Below, piece after piece: positions 17,449 to 28,828 of a stretch of DNA of 52,217 nucleotides. This DNA is from Candidatus Eiseniibacteriota bacterium (GTDB lineage Bacteria > Eisenbacteria > RBG-16-71-46 > DASYSL01): the NCBI GenBank assembly GCA_046598045.1, contig JBKJJJ010000107.1, positions 1 to 52,217 on the forward strand, given 5' to 3'. Under the pieces are notes generated by a model. It did not search any database. It was given only the letters and a program-made list of their open reading frames with translations, and was not told the DNA's origin. Both the position numbers and the translations under genes were made by a program. Position 1 is the stretch's first letter, and every line of letters starts with the position of its first letter.

Positions 17449-18540
17449 TCAGCTCCGTCCTCCGCGGCCGCGACGGCCGCCGCGGCGGCCGCGACGCCGC
17501 CGGGCGCCCGCCTCGTCCTCGGTGCTCGCTGCGGGCTTCGCCGGCGGCGCGGGCTCGGCAGCCCGCGGCGCTGCGGCGGGCGCGCGGCGCGCCGTCCGCT
17601 TGATGGCCGCGCGCGCGGGCGCCGGCGCGGACTCGCGCGCGCTCTTGGGCTCGCGCTCGGGTTCGTCGGTCGTCGCCCGGGCGCGGCTCTTCGCGCGCGC
17701 CTCCTGCTTGCGCGTCCACGCGGCGATGGTCTCGGGGTGCGCCGCGGCATCGTGGATCAGGCGCAGGCCCTTGAGCGTGAGGCGCTCGTCGAAGGACTCG
17801 ATCGTCGTGGCCTCGCCCTCGAGCAGGCGCGCAAGTCCGCCGGTCGCGACCACGCGTGCGTCCCCGCCGAGCTCGACCAGGATGCGCGACACCATGGTGT
17901 CGACCATGCCCGCGTGCCCGAGCACGATGCCCGAGAGCATGCTCTCCTCGGTGGTGCGGCCGATCACGCGCTCCGGCCGTGCGAGCTCGATGCGGCCGAG
18001 CCGGGCCGCGCGCCGGAACAGCTCGTCGGCCGAGGTCGCCATGCCGGGCGCGATCGCGCCGCCCAGGTAATCGCCGTCCTCGCCCACGACGTCGAAGGTC
18101 GTGGCGGTGCCGAGGTCGACGATGATCGCCGGCGTGCCGTGCAGCGCGCGCGCGGCGACGGCATTTGCAAGGCGATCCGGGCCGACCGCCCCCACCTCGA
18201 GATAGCGCACCGGCATCGCCGGCACCGTGTCGGGCCCGACGATCACCGGCGGGATTCCGGTCAGCTGCGCGAGCGCGTCGACGAAGCCCCGCGTCACCGC
18301 CGGCACGACCGAGCACAGCACGGCCGGCAGGCCGGCGAGGTCGATCGCCTCGGGCGCGAGCAATTGCCGGAGCAGGAGCATGGTCTCGTCGGGCGTTCGC
18401 GGCTGGCTGCTCAGCCGCCATGACAGGACGAGGTCGTCGTCCTGGAACACGCCGAGCGTGATCTCCGTGTTGCCGACGTCGACGGCGAGCAGCGCGGGGC
18501 CATGCGGCGTCGCGCGGCGGTTCCTGGTCACCTTGGTCAT
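17449..18540 (-). CDS. coaX: Type III pantothenate kinase with Arg-rich C-terminal extension
   Basis: AVDVGNT, GPDR, VDLGTATTFD, GGAIAPG, VATGG and LTLKGL. ATGA overlap with the tatC stop. Confidence 0.93.
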   Translation of the reverse strand: MTKVTRNRRATPHGPALLAVDVGNTEITLGVFQDDDLVLSWRLSSQPRTPDETMLLLRQLLAPEAIDLAGLPAVLCSVVPAVTRGFVDALAQLTGIPPVIVGPDTVPAMPVRYLEVGAVGPDRLANAVAARALHGTPAIIVDLGTATTFDVVGEDGDYLGGAIAPGMATSADELFRRAARLGRIELARPERVIGRTTEESMLSGIVLGHAGMVDTMVSRILVELGGDARVVATGGLARLLEGEATTIESFDERLTLKGLRLIHDAAAHPETIAAWTRKQEARAKSRARATTDEPEREPKSARESAPAPARAAIKRTARRAPAAAPRAAEPAPPAKPAASTEDEAGARRRRGRRGGRRGRGGRS

Positions 18541-19490
18541 GTCGTCTCCTCGGGGTCTTCCTTGCGCAGGCGTTGGACGACGTAGGCCACACCGATCGAG
18601 AGCGCATACAGGAGGATCAGGGGCAGGCCCAGAATGATCTGCGCGGTGACCACGTCCCCCGGCGTGATGAGCGCGCTCACGACGAACGTGGCGACGATCG
18701 CGATGCGCCACTGCTTCGCCAGCCAGCCCGCGGTCACGATGCGCAGCGCGGCGAGCGCGCCCGCCACCAGCGGCAACTGGAACACGACGCCGGTGGCCAG
18801 CGCGAGGTTATAGATGAATCCCAGCAGGCTGGAAAGCCGAATGTCCTGCCGCATGCTCGCGGTGGCGAACGACTCGAGCACCTCGAGCACGATCGGAACC
18901 ACGAGGAAGATCGCGGTCGCGGCTCCGGAGAAGAACAGGAGCAGCGAAGTGAACACGAACGGCAGGAGCAGGCGGCGCTCGCGGCGGAACAGGCCCGGCA
19001 GGACGAACGCCCACAGCTGATAGAGCACGAACGGCATCGCGACGCAGCCGCCGAGGACGAGCGCGAGCTTGAAGCGCTCGGTGAACCCCTCGAGCGGATC
19101 GAGGATCACGACGTGGCCGACGGTGTGGAGGATCGTCCACTCCAGCACCGGGCCGGACAGCCACCAGCCGAGCCCGGCCCCGAGCAGGATGACGAGCGTC
19201 GAACGCACGAGCCGCCGGCGCAGCTCCTCGAGGTGGCCGAGCAGGGACATTGCGGGGCGGCCGTACTCCTCCTCGAGCGTCCGCTCGTCCTTGATGTCGT
19301 CGCCCGGCCCGCCGCCGGAGCGCCCGAGGTCGGGGTCTCTCCGGTTCGCCGCCTCCGCGCGGTCGAGGCGCGCGCTGCGGGCGCCATCGGCCTCGTCCTC
19401 GCCGCGCGCTTCTCGTCCGCTCGTGCCGGACGCGACGACGCCGTCGGGCGGGCCGAGGTCGGGCGGCAGGGGCTTCGCGGAATCGGTCAC
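18537..19490 (-). CDS. tatC: Twin-arginine translocase subunit TatC
   Basis: MSLLGHLEELRRRL, YQLWAFVLPGL, FQLP, ITPGD and six TM segments. About 80-aa charged N-terminal extension, or start at the internal Met. Confidence 0.93.
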   Translation of the reverse strand: MTDSAKPLPPDLGPPDGVVASGTSGREARGEDEADGARSARLDRAEAANRRDPDLGRSGGGPGDDIKDERTLEEEYGRPAMSLLGHLEELRRRLVRSTLVILLGAGLGWWLSGPVLEWTILHTVGHVVILDPLEGFTERFKLALVLGGCVAMPFVLYQLWAFVLPGLFRRERRLLLPFVFTSLLLFFSGAATAIFLVVPIVLEVLESFATASMRQDIRLSSLLGFIYNLALATGVVFQLPLVAGALAALRIVTAGWLAKQWRIAIVATFVVSALITPGDVVTAQIILGLPLILLYALSIGVAYVVQRLRKEDPEETT

Positions 19491-19494
19491 GGGA

Positions 19495-20280
19495 TCACGC
19501 CTCGTTCCAGCGCACGCGCACGTCGCCGGCGTGGAGCACGATCTCGGCGCCGGAGTCGAGCCGGATCACGAGCCCGCCGTCCTTTGCGAGGTCCTTCGCC
19601 ACGCCGTCGATCGCCCGCGCCCCGACCTGCGCCGACACGCGGCGCCCCCACATCGACATCGCGTCGCGCGCGCGCTCGACCACGTCGCCCGGGCCCTCTT
19701 CGTCGAGACGCCGCACTTCATGGTGGAGCGCCTGCATCACGACCGGCGCGAGCACCGCCGGCGCGGGAACGCTCCCGGCTGGCATGAACTCATCGAGCGC
19801 GACGGGCCGCGACTCACCCGGCGCGTCGAAGCCACCTTCGGGCGTGCGCAGGTTGAGGCCGAGGCCGACCACCGCGTCGGCGATGCGAGGTCCGTCACTG
19901 CGCGTCTCGGTCAGGATGCCCCCCAGCTTGCGCCCGCTGCCGTCGGGCGCGAGCAGGTCGTTCGGCCACTTGAGATGCGGGGTCACCCCCGCGGCCTGCG
20001 TCATCGCCGCGCGCGCCGCGAGCCCGGCCGCGAGCGTGAGCATGGCCGCGAGCTCGGGCGGCCAGGCGAGATGGAGGTAGCACGACAGGTACAATCCGCC
20101 GCCCGGCGAACTCCACGTCCGGCCCGCGCGGCCGCGGCCCTCGGTCTGCCCGTTCGCCACCACGCCGAGGAACGCCTGCCCGAGCTCGCGAAACGCGGCG
20201 CGGCCCTCGGTCCACGCCACGTCGTTGGTCGACGGGACGCGGTCGTAGTAGCGCGCCGGCAGTTCGTTCGCGGCCGCCAC
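19495..20280 (-). CDS. birA: Biotin--protein ligase (no N-terminal HTH)
   Basis: STND, QTEGRGRAGRTW, KWPND and KLGGILTE. Confidence 0.93.
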   Translation of the reverse strand: MAAANELPARYYDRVPSTNDVAWTEGRAAFRELGQAFLGVVANGQTEGRGRAGRTWSSPGGGLYLSCYLHLAWPPELAAMLTLAAGLAARAAMTQAAGVTPHLKWPNDLLAPDGSGRKLGGILTETRSDGPRIADAVVGLGLNLRTPEGGFDAPGESRPVALDEFMPAGSVPAPAVLAPVVMQALHHEVRRLDEEGPGDVVERARDAMSMWGRRVSAQVGARAIDGVAKDLAKDGGLVIRLDSGAEIVLHAGDVRVRWNEA

Positions 20281-20284
20281 GCGC

Positions 20285-21174
20285 CTAGCCGAGCTCCACG
20301 AAGTCGAGTGCGAGGTCGAGCGCGGGCGCCGAGTGCGTGAGCGCCCCGACCGACACGTAGTCGACGCCCAGCTCGGCGGCCGGGCGCACGGTCTCGAGCG
20401 TCATCCCGCCCGAGACCTCGAGCTCGGGCCAGCGCCGCGCGTGCCCGGACCGTCGAGGCGAGACCCGCCCCGGTGCACCGGCCCCGTCGACGAGCGCGAT
20501 CGCCTTCGCCACGTCCTCGAGCTTCATGTTGTCGAGCAGGATGCGGTCGACGTCGAGTGCGAGGGCCTCCTTCACGAGGTCGAGCGAGGCGCACTCGACC
20601 TCGAGCAGCGAGTAAGGGTCGCGCTCCAGGGCAATGCGCGTGACCGCCTTGGTCAGGCTGCCCGCGGCCCGGATGTGGTTGTCCTTGACCAGGTACATGT
20701 CGAACAGGCCCTGGCGGTGATTGTGCCCGCCCCCCACCGAGACCGCGTACTTCTCGAGGCGGCGCAGGCCGGGCGTGGTCTTGCGCGTGTCGAGCACGCG
20801 CGTGCCGGTGCCGGCGAGGCGGTCGACGTAGCGGCGCGTGAGCGTCGCGACGCCCGAGAGCCGCTGGACGTAGTTCAGCGCCACGCGCTCGGCCGTCAGC
20901 AGCGAGCGCGCGCTCCCCGAGACGCGCGCGACCACGAGGCCCGGCCGCGTGGCGTCACCGTCGCTCGCCGTCGGCTCGAAGCGCACCTGGTCGTCGACCA
21001 GCTCGAACGCCATGCGCGCGAGGTCGAGCCCCGCGAGCACACCGTCCTGCTTCGCGAGCAGCACCGCGTCCGCGCGCGTGCCCGGCTCGACGCAGGCGAG
21101 CGTGGTCACGTCGCCGCCCCCGACGTCCTCGGTGAGCGCGAGCGCGACCAGCGGCCGGGCGAAGGCGTCGAGCT

Positions 21175-21178
<4 letters not shown>
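20285..21178 (-). CDS. nadC: Quinolinate phosphoribosyltransferase (carboxylating)
   Basis: [38 protein letters not shown] and SVGALTHS. The conserved N-terminal helix lies upstream of the first canonical start (21109), implying a CTG start at 21178. Confidence 0.93.
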
Positions 21179-23517
<2,339 letters not shown>

Positions 23518-23689
23518 GGGAGGCCCACCATACCACGAGGCGCCGACGGAGTTCCCGCCTCGGCCGGCCCGAACCCTCCTTTGGGGGCCGGGAGGCAGCG
23601 CGGGAGCCGGGGGTCAATTCTTTCTCAAGTCCCCTGTTCCATCCTCACGGGGTCGTCGTCTGCCGCTCCAACCCCTAAGGAGGCCGTCC

Positions 23690-24202
23690 ATGTTGCCTCG
23701 TACCGCTTTCCTTGTCGGGGCGCTGTTGTTCCTCGCCCCGGCACTGGCGCTCGGAACCCCAGCGCCGACGGCCCCCCGCACCGTGGTGTGCACCGGGGCG
23801 ATCGAACATCCCGTTTCTGTCCGGGTCGAAGCGCTCGACCCGATCCATCGCGGTGCGAGCGTGCGTTTCCGCGTGCGCTCGACCTCGATCACCGGTCTCG
23901 CCCGGGCCGAGGCGCGAGTGCTCTCCTCCGGCGACGCGAGCCTGGTCGGACCTCGGCGCGTGGCGCTCGGGAACCTCCGCGCGGGCCGGCCGACGGACGC
24001 GACCTTCCGCGTGGTGCTCCCGGCATCAGGCGCGCGCACGCTGGTGCAGTTCCAGGTCTCGGGCGAGGGTCCGAACGGACTGCTGACCCGCGGCGCCGCG
24101 TTCAACGTACTGCCCGACGGCCCGACCGAGATCCTCACCGCCGTGACCACGGCGAGCGGCGAGCGGCTGCTGAACGCCCCGGCGCGGAGGATCGACCGAT
24201 GA
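23690..24202 (+). CDS. Secreted hypothetical beta-rich protein, 170 aa
   Basis: SD TAAGGAGG, signal peptide MLPRTAFLVGALLFLAPALALG, and ATGA coupling to the next gene. Confidence 0.75.
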   Translation: MLPRTAFLVGALLFLAPALALGTPAPTAPRTVVCTGAIEHPVSVRVEALDPIHRGASVRFRVRSTSITGLARAEARVLSSGDASLVGPRRVALGNLRAGRPTDATFRVVLPASGARTLVQFQVSGEGPNGLLTRGAAFNVLPDGPTEILTAVTTASGERLLNAPARRIDR

Positions 24203-27200
24203 CGACCCTCGCACGCACGTGGTTCGCCTCCCTGCTCGCCGGCGTGCTCCTCGCCGGGGCGGCCTCTTCCGCCTCCGCGTTCACCGTGAGCGGGAGATTC
24301 CTCTACGAAGACCGGCTGTTCGACGGCAATGGCTACACCGGCGCCGTCCAGAACCTGCCGATCCGCCATGCGCTCGTGCAGGTCGTCAATGCCGCGACCC
24401 AACAGACGCTCGCCAGCGGCTCGACCGGCGCCGACGGGACGTACTCGCTGTCGGTCACGGGCCAGGTCGCGCCGGTCACCCTGTTCGTGCGCGCGACTAC
24501 GGACGGGCGCCCGGCCGGCTACCAGCTGCGCGTGGTCGACAACTTCACGCGCATCCCGACCGGCGGCGGGCTCATTCTCACCGGCTCCCAGCTTTACTCG
24601 ATCTCGACGGCGACCACGCTGGCGCACCCGCCGGCGAACGATCTCGCGGTCGGGGACTACCTGATCCAGGACCCGGACGGCACGGGTGTCGCCCAAGCGT
24701 TCAACATCTTCGACTGCGGCGTGGACTTCTTCGACTGGGTCGGCCTGCCCGCCGTCAACGGCGCGCTTCCGACTGCGGGCGAATTCCTGGTCTACGCCTG
24801 GAAGGCGACCGGGACACCGAGCAATCCGCCGCCCCAGTTCGGCTCGAATTACTCGCAGCAGGGCATCTTCATCGGCGCCGACCCGAGCGCCCCGGACACC
24901 GACGGCTGGTCGGACACCGTGATCCTCCACGAGACCGGGCACTGGTTCGACGACATCTACTCGCGCAGTGACAACCCCGGGGGCGCGCACTTCATCGGTG
25001 ACAACAACGCGAACGTGCTTCTGGCATACGGCGAGGGAACGGCCACGTACCATTGCGCGAAGGTGCGCGAGTGGCGCGCGACCAACCACCTCAACCTGCT
25101 GGGCCAACCGGTGGACCGGCTGGTCAGCCTGTACGCCGACCTCACGATTCCGCCGCCGGTCGGCACGCCCGGGGGACTCTCGTTCTCCTACGATTTCGAG
25201 ACCGGCAAGTTCGCGAACACCGGTGCGCCGATCGGTCAGCGCGGGTCGGCCAACGAGACCAATGTCACGTCGGCGCTCTGGGACATGGTGGACGGCGCGA
25301 GCACGCCGGACGCCAGCCCGGGCGTCGACGATGAGAGCTTCGAGACCACCGACGCCCAGGCGTACGGCATCGAGCACGTGTACCTGCTCGGGCTTCCTGC
25401 CGGCAACTCGATCACCGTCGAGGACTATTACCAGGGATGGTTCGTGCGCAATGGCGCCGCGTTCCAGAAGCCGGGCATGGACGAGATCTTCGTGACCCTG
25501 GCAAAGATGCCGTTCTATCCGGATACCGCCGAGCCGGACGACGCGATCGCCTCGGCGCGTCCCATCCTCCCGGTGGCCTACACCGTGAGCCCCGGGGGCA
25601 AGGTCGTGATCAACGAGCTCGAGCTCGGCGCCGCGGATGCGATCGAGCTCATGAACACCGGCGAGGCCGCGGTCGATTTGACCGGCTGGCAGATTGAAGT
25701 GTTCGCGAACGGCACGACGCAGGATCCCACACGGGTCTATTCGTTCCCGACCTTCACGCTCGACGCCGGCGAGTGCGTCGCCGTCCACGAGGGCGCGGAC
25801 GCGACCTCGAACGGCCGCTACCACCTGTATGCCGGCAATCGCGCCGCGTTCAATGCGTCCTGGAATCCCGGCCTCGACGGCGCCTGCCTGCTGCGCGATC
25901 CGTCCCGGGCGCCGGTCGATTTCGTGCGCTGGAGAGGCTCCAACGGCGTGGACAATGGAACGCCCACGCCGGCCGGGCTCGCCTACAGCGGGTTGCTCGA
26001 TTCCCCCTCGGCGCCGAACGGCCTCGCGCGGAACGTCAACGGGACCGACACCGACCAGGCGTCGGACTGGCACTCCGGGGCGACCACGCTCGGTTGTCAG
26101 AACCATCCGTCGCCGCAGGCGCACACGATCTTCGATGTCGGCGACGACGACGTGGTGTCGTTCTCGGCCACGGCGGGTCAGCGCTACGGCTTCGAGGCGC
26201 GCTGCGAGTTCAGCGCCTCCGACGCGCGGCTCGAGGTCTTGAGCGCGGGTGGTTCCGTGATCGCGTCCAACGACAATTCAGACATCTCGGTGCGCGACGC
26301 GCGCGTCGACTTCCTGGCGCCGAGCGGTGGCACGTTCTATGTCCGTGCCACGCATGTCGGCACGAACACGGACTGGGCCGAGTACTCCCTGCTCGCGTTC
26401 GCGCGGCCGCGGACCTCGGCCTGCGCGGCCCCGGCCGGCCTGACCGCGACCGCCGATCACGGGAGCGACATCCAGGATCATGTCGCCCTGACCTGGTCGA
26501 ATGGTGCCGCCTACGACAGCATTCACGTCTATCGCAACGGCACGATCGTCGGCGCCGTTCCCGGCAATGTCACGAGCTACCAGTTCCTCGAGAGCCGCGG
26601 GCTCTACCGCTACGGGGTATCCGGCAAGTCGGCCGAGTGCGGCGAGACCGCGATCGTCTCCGACTACGCGTTCGCAGGGAAGGTCGATTGCGTGGCCGCC
26701 GACGGGTTCGAGGACGGTTCCGCCAGCCTGTGGATCAAGGAAACGAACGGCTGGGGCGTGACCCCGTTCGCGAAGACCGGAACGTGGGCGTTCACCGACA
26801 GCCCCGCCGGCGTCTACCGCGGCTGCCCGACCGGGGCCAGCGGTTGCAAGAACAACGCGATTGCGGTCTTCGGCGTGCCCGCGGACGTCATCCTGGCCGG
26901 TTATGCGACGCTCGAGTTCGACCACATCTGCATCACCGAGCATTGCACGCCCGAGCCGTGCGATCGCGGCCTGGTCGAGGTGTCGGACGACGACGGCGGA
27001 AGCTGGTCGACCCTCGCGGCCTACGACGCCGGCAGCGACCCGGCCTGGAGCGACAACGTCGCGAATCCCGAGGACTGGCGACATGCATCGCTCGACCTCT
27101 CGGCGTTCCACGGCAAGCGGATCAACGTCCGCTTCCGGCTCGAGTCCGATGCGAATCTCGAGTTCGACGGCTGGTACCTCGACAACGTGCAGATCGCGGC

Positions 27201-27540
27201 GTGTCCGCCGGTGGGCGTGGAGCCGACGTCCGGCACGACGACGTCGTTCGCGGCGCCGGCGCCGAATCCGCTGGTTCGCGGCGCGAACGCGGTGTTCGAG
27301 TACGCGCTGGGGACCGATCTCGCGGCGCCGGGAGGATCGGCCACCGTGTCCCTCGAGTTGCACAGCGTGGGCGGCCGCCTGGTACGGGTGCTCGACAGCG
27401 GCCCGAAGGCGCTAGGGACTCACCGCGTGACGTGGAACGGGACCGACAGCCGGGGCGTGGCGGTGCCCCCGGGCGTGTACTACGCGACGTTCCGCGCCGG
27501 TTCGGTGGTGCGCACGAACCGGGTCGTGGTCATCGGCTGA
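24199..27540 (+). CDS. Large secreted multidomain zinc metallopeptidase-like protein (gluzincin-like, lamin-tail-like, PPC-like, FlgD-Ig/T9SS-like CTD), 1113 aa
   Basis: Signal peptide; HETGH at 24928-24942 with downstream YGEG; VVINEL...IELMNTG...DLTGW; DARLEV...ASNDN; FRLESD...DGWYLDNV; PNP...GRLVRVL...WNGTD...GVYY. Confidence 0.8.
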   Translation: MTTLARTWFASLLAGVLLAGAASSASAFTVSGRFLYEDRLFDGNGYTGAVQNLPIRHALVQVVNAATQQTLASGSTGADGTYSLSVTGQVAPVTLFVRATTDGRPAGYQLRVVDNFTRIPTGGGLILTGSQLYSISTATTLAHPPANDLAVGDYLIQDPDGTGVAQAFNIFDCGVDFFDWVGLPAVNGALPTAGEFLVYAWKATGTPSNPPPQFGSNYSQQGIFIGADPSAPDTDGWSDTVILHETGHWFDDIYSRSDNPGGAHFIGDNNANVLLAYGEGTATYHCAKVREWRATNHLNLLGQPVDRLVSLYADLTIPPPVGTPGGLSFSYDFETGKFANTGAPIGQRGSANETNVTSALWDMVDGASTPDASPGVDDESFETTDAQAYGIEHVYLLGLPAGNSITVEDYYQGWFVRNGAAFQKPGMDEIFVTLAKMPFYPDTAEPDDAIASARPILPVAYTVSPGGKVVINELELGAADAIELMNTGEAAVDLTGWQIEVFANGTTQDPTRVYSFPTFTLDAGECVAVHEGADATSNGRYHLYAGNRAAFNASWNPGLDGACLLRDPSRAPVDFVRWRGSNGVDNGTPTPAGLAYSGLLDSPSAPNGLARNVNGTDTDQASDWHSGATTLGCQNHPSPQAHTIFDVGDDDVVSFSATAGQRYGFEARCEFSASDARLEVLSAGGSVIASNDNSDISVRDARVDFLAPSGGTFYVRATHVGTNTDWAEYSLLAFARPRTSACAAPAGLTATADHGSDIQDHVALTWSNGAAYDSIHVYRNGTIVGAVPGNVTSYQFLESRGLYRYGVSGKSAECGETAIVSDYAFAGKVDCVAADGFEDGSASLWIKETNGWGVTPFAKTGTWAFTDSPAGVYRGCPTGASGCKNNAIAVFGVPADVILAGYATLEFDHICITEHCTPEPCDRGLVEVSDDDGGSWSTLAAYDAGSDPAWSDNVANPEDWRHASLDLSAFHGKRINVRFRLESDANLEFDGWYLDNVQIAACPPVGVEPTSGTTTSFAAPAPNPLVRGANAVFEYALGTDLAAPGGSATVSLELHSVGGRLVRVLDSGPKALGTHRVTWNGTDSRGVAVPPGVYYATFRAGSVVRTNRVVVIG

Positions 27541-27579
27541 CGCGGCAGCTTCGCCGACTTACTCGCTCTGGACAATGCG

Positions 27580-27611
27580 CGAAAGCCCCGGCCGGTTGGC
27601 CGGGGCTTTCG
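27580..27611. terminator. Hairpin terminator between convergent genes
   Basis: CGAAAGCCCCGGCC-ggtt-GGCCGGGGCTTTCG, a perfect 14-bp stem. Confidence 0.8.
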
Positions 27612-27674
27612 TCGTTGCGCCCACAGTCTGCTCGATGTCGACGTGCGGGTCACCGTCCGCGGCCAACCCCGGAG

Positions 27675-28235
27675 CTAGGCCCCGGCGGCGGCGGCGGCGA
27701 CGGCCTTCACCTTGGCGGCGGGCTTGGTGACCGGCTTGGTCAACGGCTCGCCCGCGACGGCGACCGGCGCGTGCAGCCCTTCGAAGATGCGAATGATGAC
27801 GTCGCCGGTCTCGGGGCGGAAGGACCGATAGCTGGGGTCGATCGGGTTGCCGGCGGGGGTCAGCAGGATGATCTGGTCGTGCGTGCGGGGCCGGCCGAAG
27901 CTGGGCTCGCGCACCACGAGAGCCTCGTCTTCCTCGTTCAACTCGAGCGTCCAGGCGCGCGGCACGTCGAAGCAGGCGTAGTCGCGGTGGTCGTCGAGAT
28001 GCTGGCGGAAGATCACCGAGGCCCCGCGCACTTCGAACGCCAGCGCGTGGCGGTTGCACTCCACCAGGAAGCCCGCCACCTGGTCCATCGGCACCTTGCC
28101 CTTCATCCAGTCCTTGCGCGTGAATCCGTAGACGCGGCCGAACGGCTGGGTGCCGGCCGGCAGCCGGCTCTCGGCGTATTGCATCGCCATGGCATTGAAC
28201 TCACGGCGTCGCGAATCGTTGGGACAACTGGCCAT
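27675..28235 (-). CDS. Hypothetical cytoplasmic protein, 186 aa
   Basis: High-GC3 codon usage, SD AGAGG, globular composition with a Lys/Ala tail. No family recognised. Alternative start at 28190. Confidence 0.65.
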   Translation of the reverse strand: MASCPNDSRRREFNAMAMQYAESRLPAGTQPFGRVYGFTRKDWMKGKVPMDQVAGFLVECNRHALAFEVRGASVIFRQHLDDHRDYACFDVPRAWTLELNEEDEALVVREPSFGRPRTHDQIILLTPAGNPIDPSYRSFRPETGDVIIRIFEGLHAPVAVAGEPLTKPVTKPAAKVKAVAAAAAGA

Positions 28236-28340
28236 GATCGCCTCTGTGGGTACGGGGTGCAGCGCAGGACCGGGCAGGGCAGCCCGGGCCTTTGTGGCGA
28301 TCTCGGAATTGGATCGAGGTCCGCTTGGGAGGTCACTCCT

Positions 28341-28349
28341 AGAATACCA
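28341..28349 (-). promoter_or_regulatory. Extended -10 element
   Basis: TGgTATTCT, no clear -35; lies between the palindrome array and the hypothetical gene. Confidence 0.35.
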
Positions 28350-28396
28350 CGGACAGAGGGGGCGGCCCGAAAAAGGGCGGCGGCCGTCGGCGACCC

Positions 28397-28749
28397 GGAC
28401 ATCTCCCGGTCCATGGTGACTCTGTGGGCGGTCCGGGCTGAACTTGCTTCTGAGGCCTGTTCAGGCGGGTGCTTCATCGCGGAACATGTCCCGGGACGTG
28501 TTCATGCGCTCGATCAACTTGCCCCGGGGCAAGTTCGGCGGTGCATTCCCGTCGATCGGACTTGCGCCGGCGCAAGTACAGGTTCTTGGTGTCCGCCGAA
28601 CCCTGCATGACCCAGGACATCTTCGTGAGCTCAACCAACTCGCCCCGGGGGTGTGTTCCCGCCTGCAGTCCCCGTCAGCCCCAACTTGCGCCGGCGCAGG
28701 TGCGGGTCTCTAGCTCCGACCGGGATGGAACCTGGCCCGGGGCAGGTTC
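28397..28749. repeat. Array of about nine 22-23-bp palindromes (consensus ~SAACWTGCSCCGGSGCAWGTTC)
   Basis: Copies start at 28397, 28440, 28482, 28515, 28558, 28603, 28636, 28682 and 28728. Examples: GAACATGTCCCGGGACGTGTTC, CAACTTGCCCCGGGGCAAGTTC, GGACTTGCGCCGGCGCAAGTAC, GAACCTGGCCCGGGGCAGGTTC. Confidence 0.85.
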
Positions 28750-28757
28750 CCGCGCAC

Positions 28758-28794
28758 GAAGAAGCCCGCGAACTCGAGAATCGAGTCCGCGGGC
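28758..28794 (-). terminator. Intrinsic terminator of the DUF4139 gene
   Basis: GCCCGCGGACTCGA-ttc-TCGAGTTCGCGGGC followed by TTCTTC. Confidence 0.6.
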
Positions 28795-28828
28795 CGATAC
28801 CCGCCAGAGCGACGCCCGAAGCAGGGCG

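Noticed and set aside
27559..28059. 166-aa alternative-frame ORF overlapping the 186-aa hypothetical gene
   Set aside because: Arg/Pro/Ala-rich off-frame composition, and it runs through the terminator.
28482..28536. Half-sites matching the p53 decamer RRRCWWGYYY
   Set aside because: No bacterial p53-family protein is evident; treated as coincidence of a CWWG-centred palindrome.
28397..28749. CRISPR interpretation of the palindrome array
   Set aside because: Repeats are too degenerate, spacers are only 11-24 bp and related to one another, and there is no leader or cas gene.
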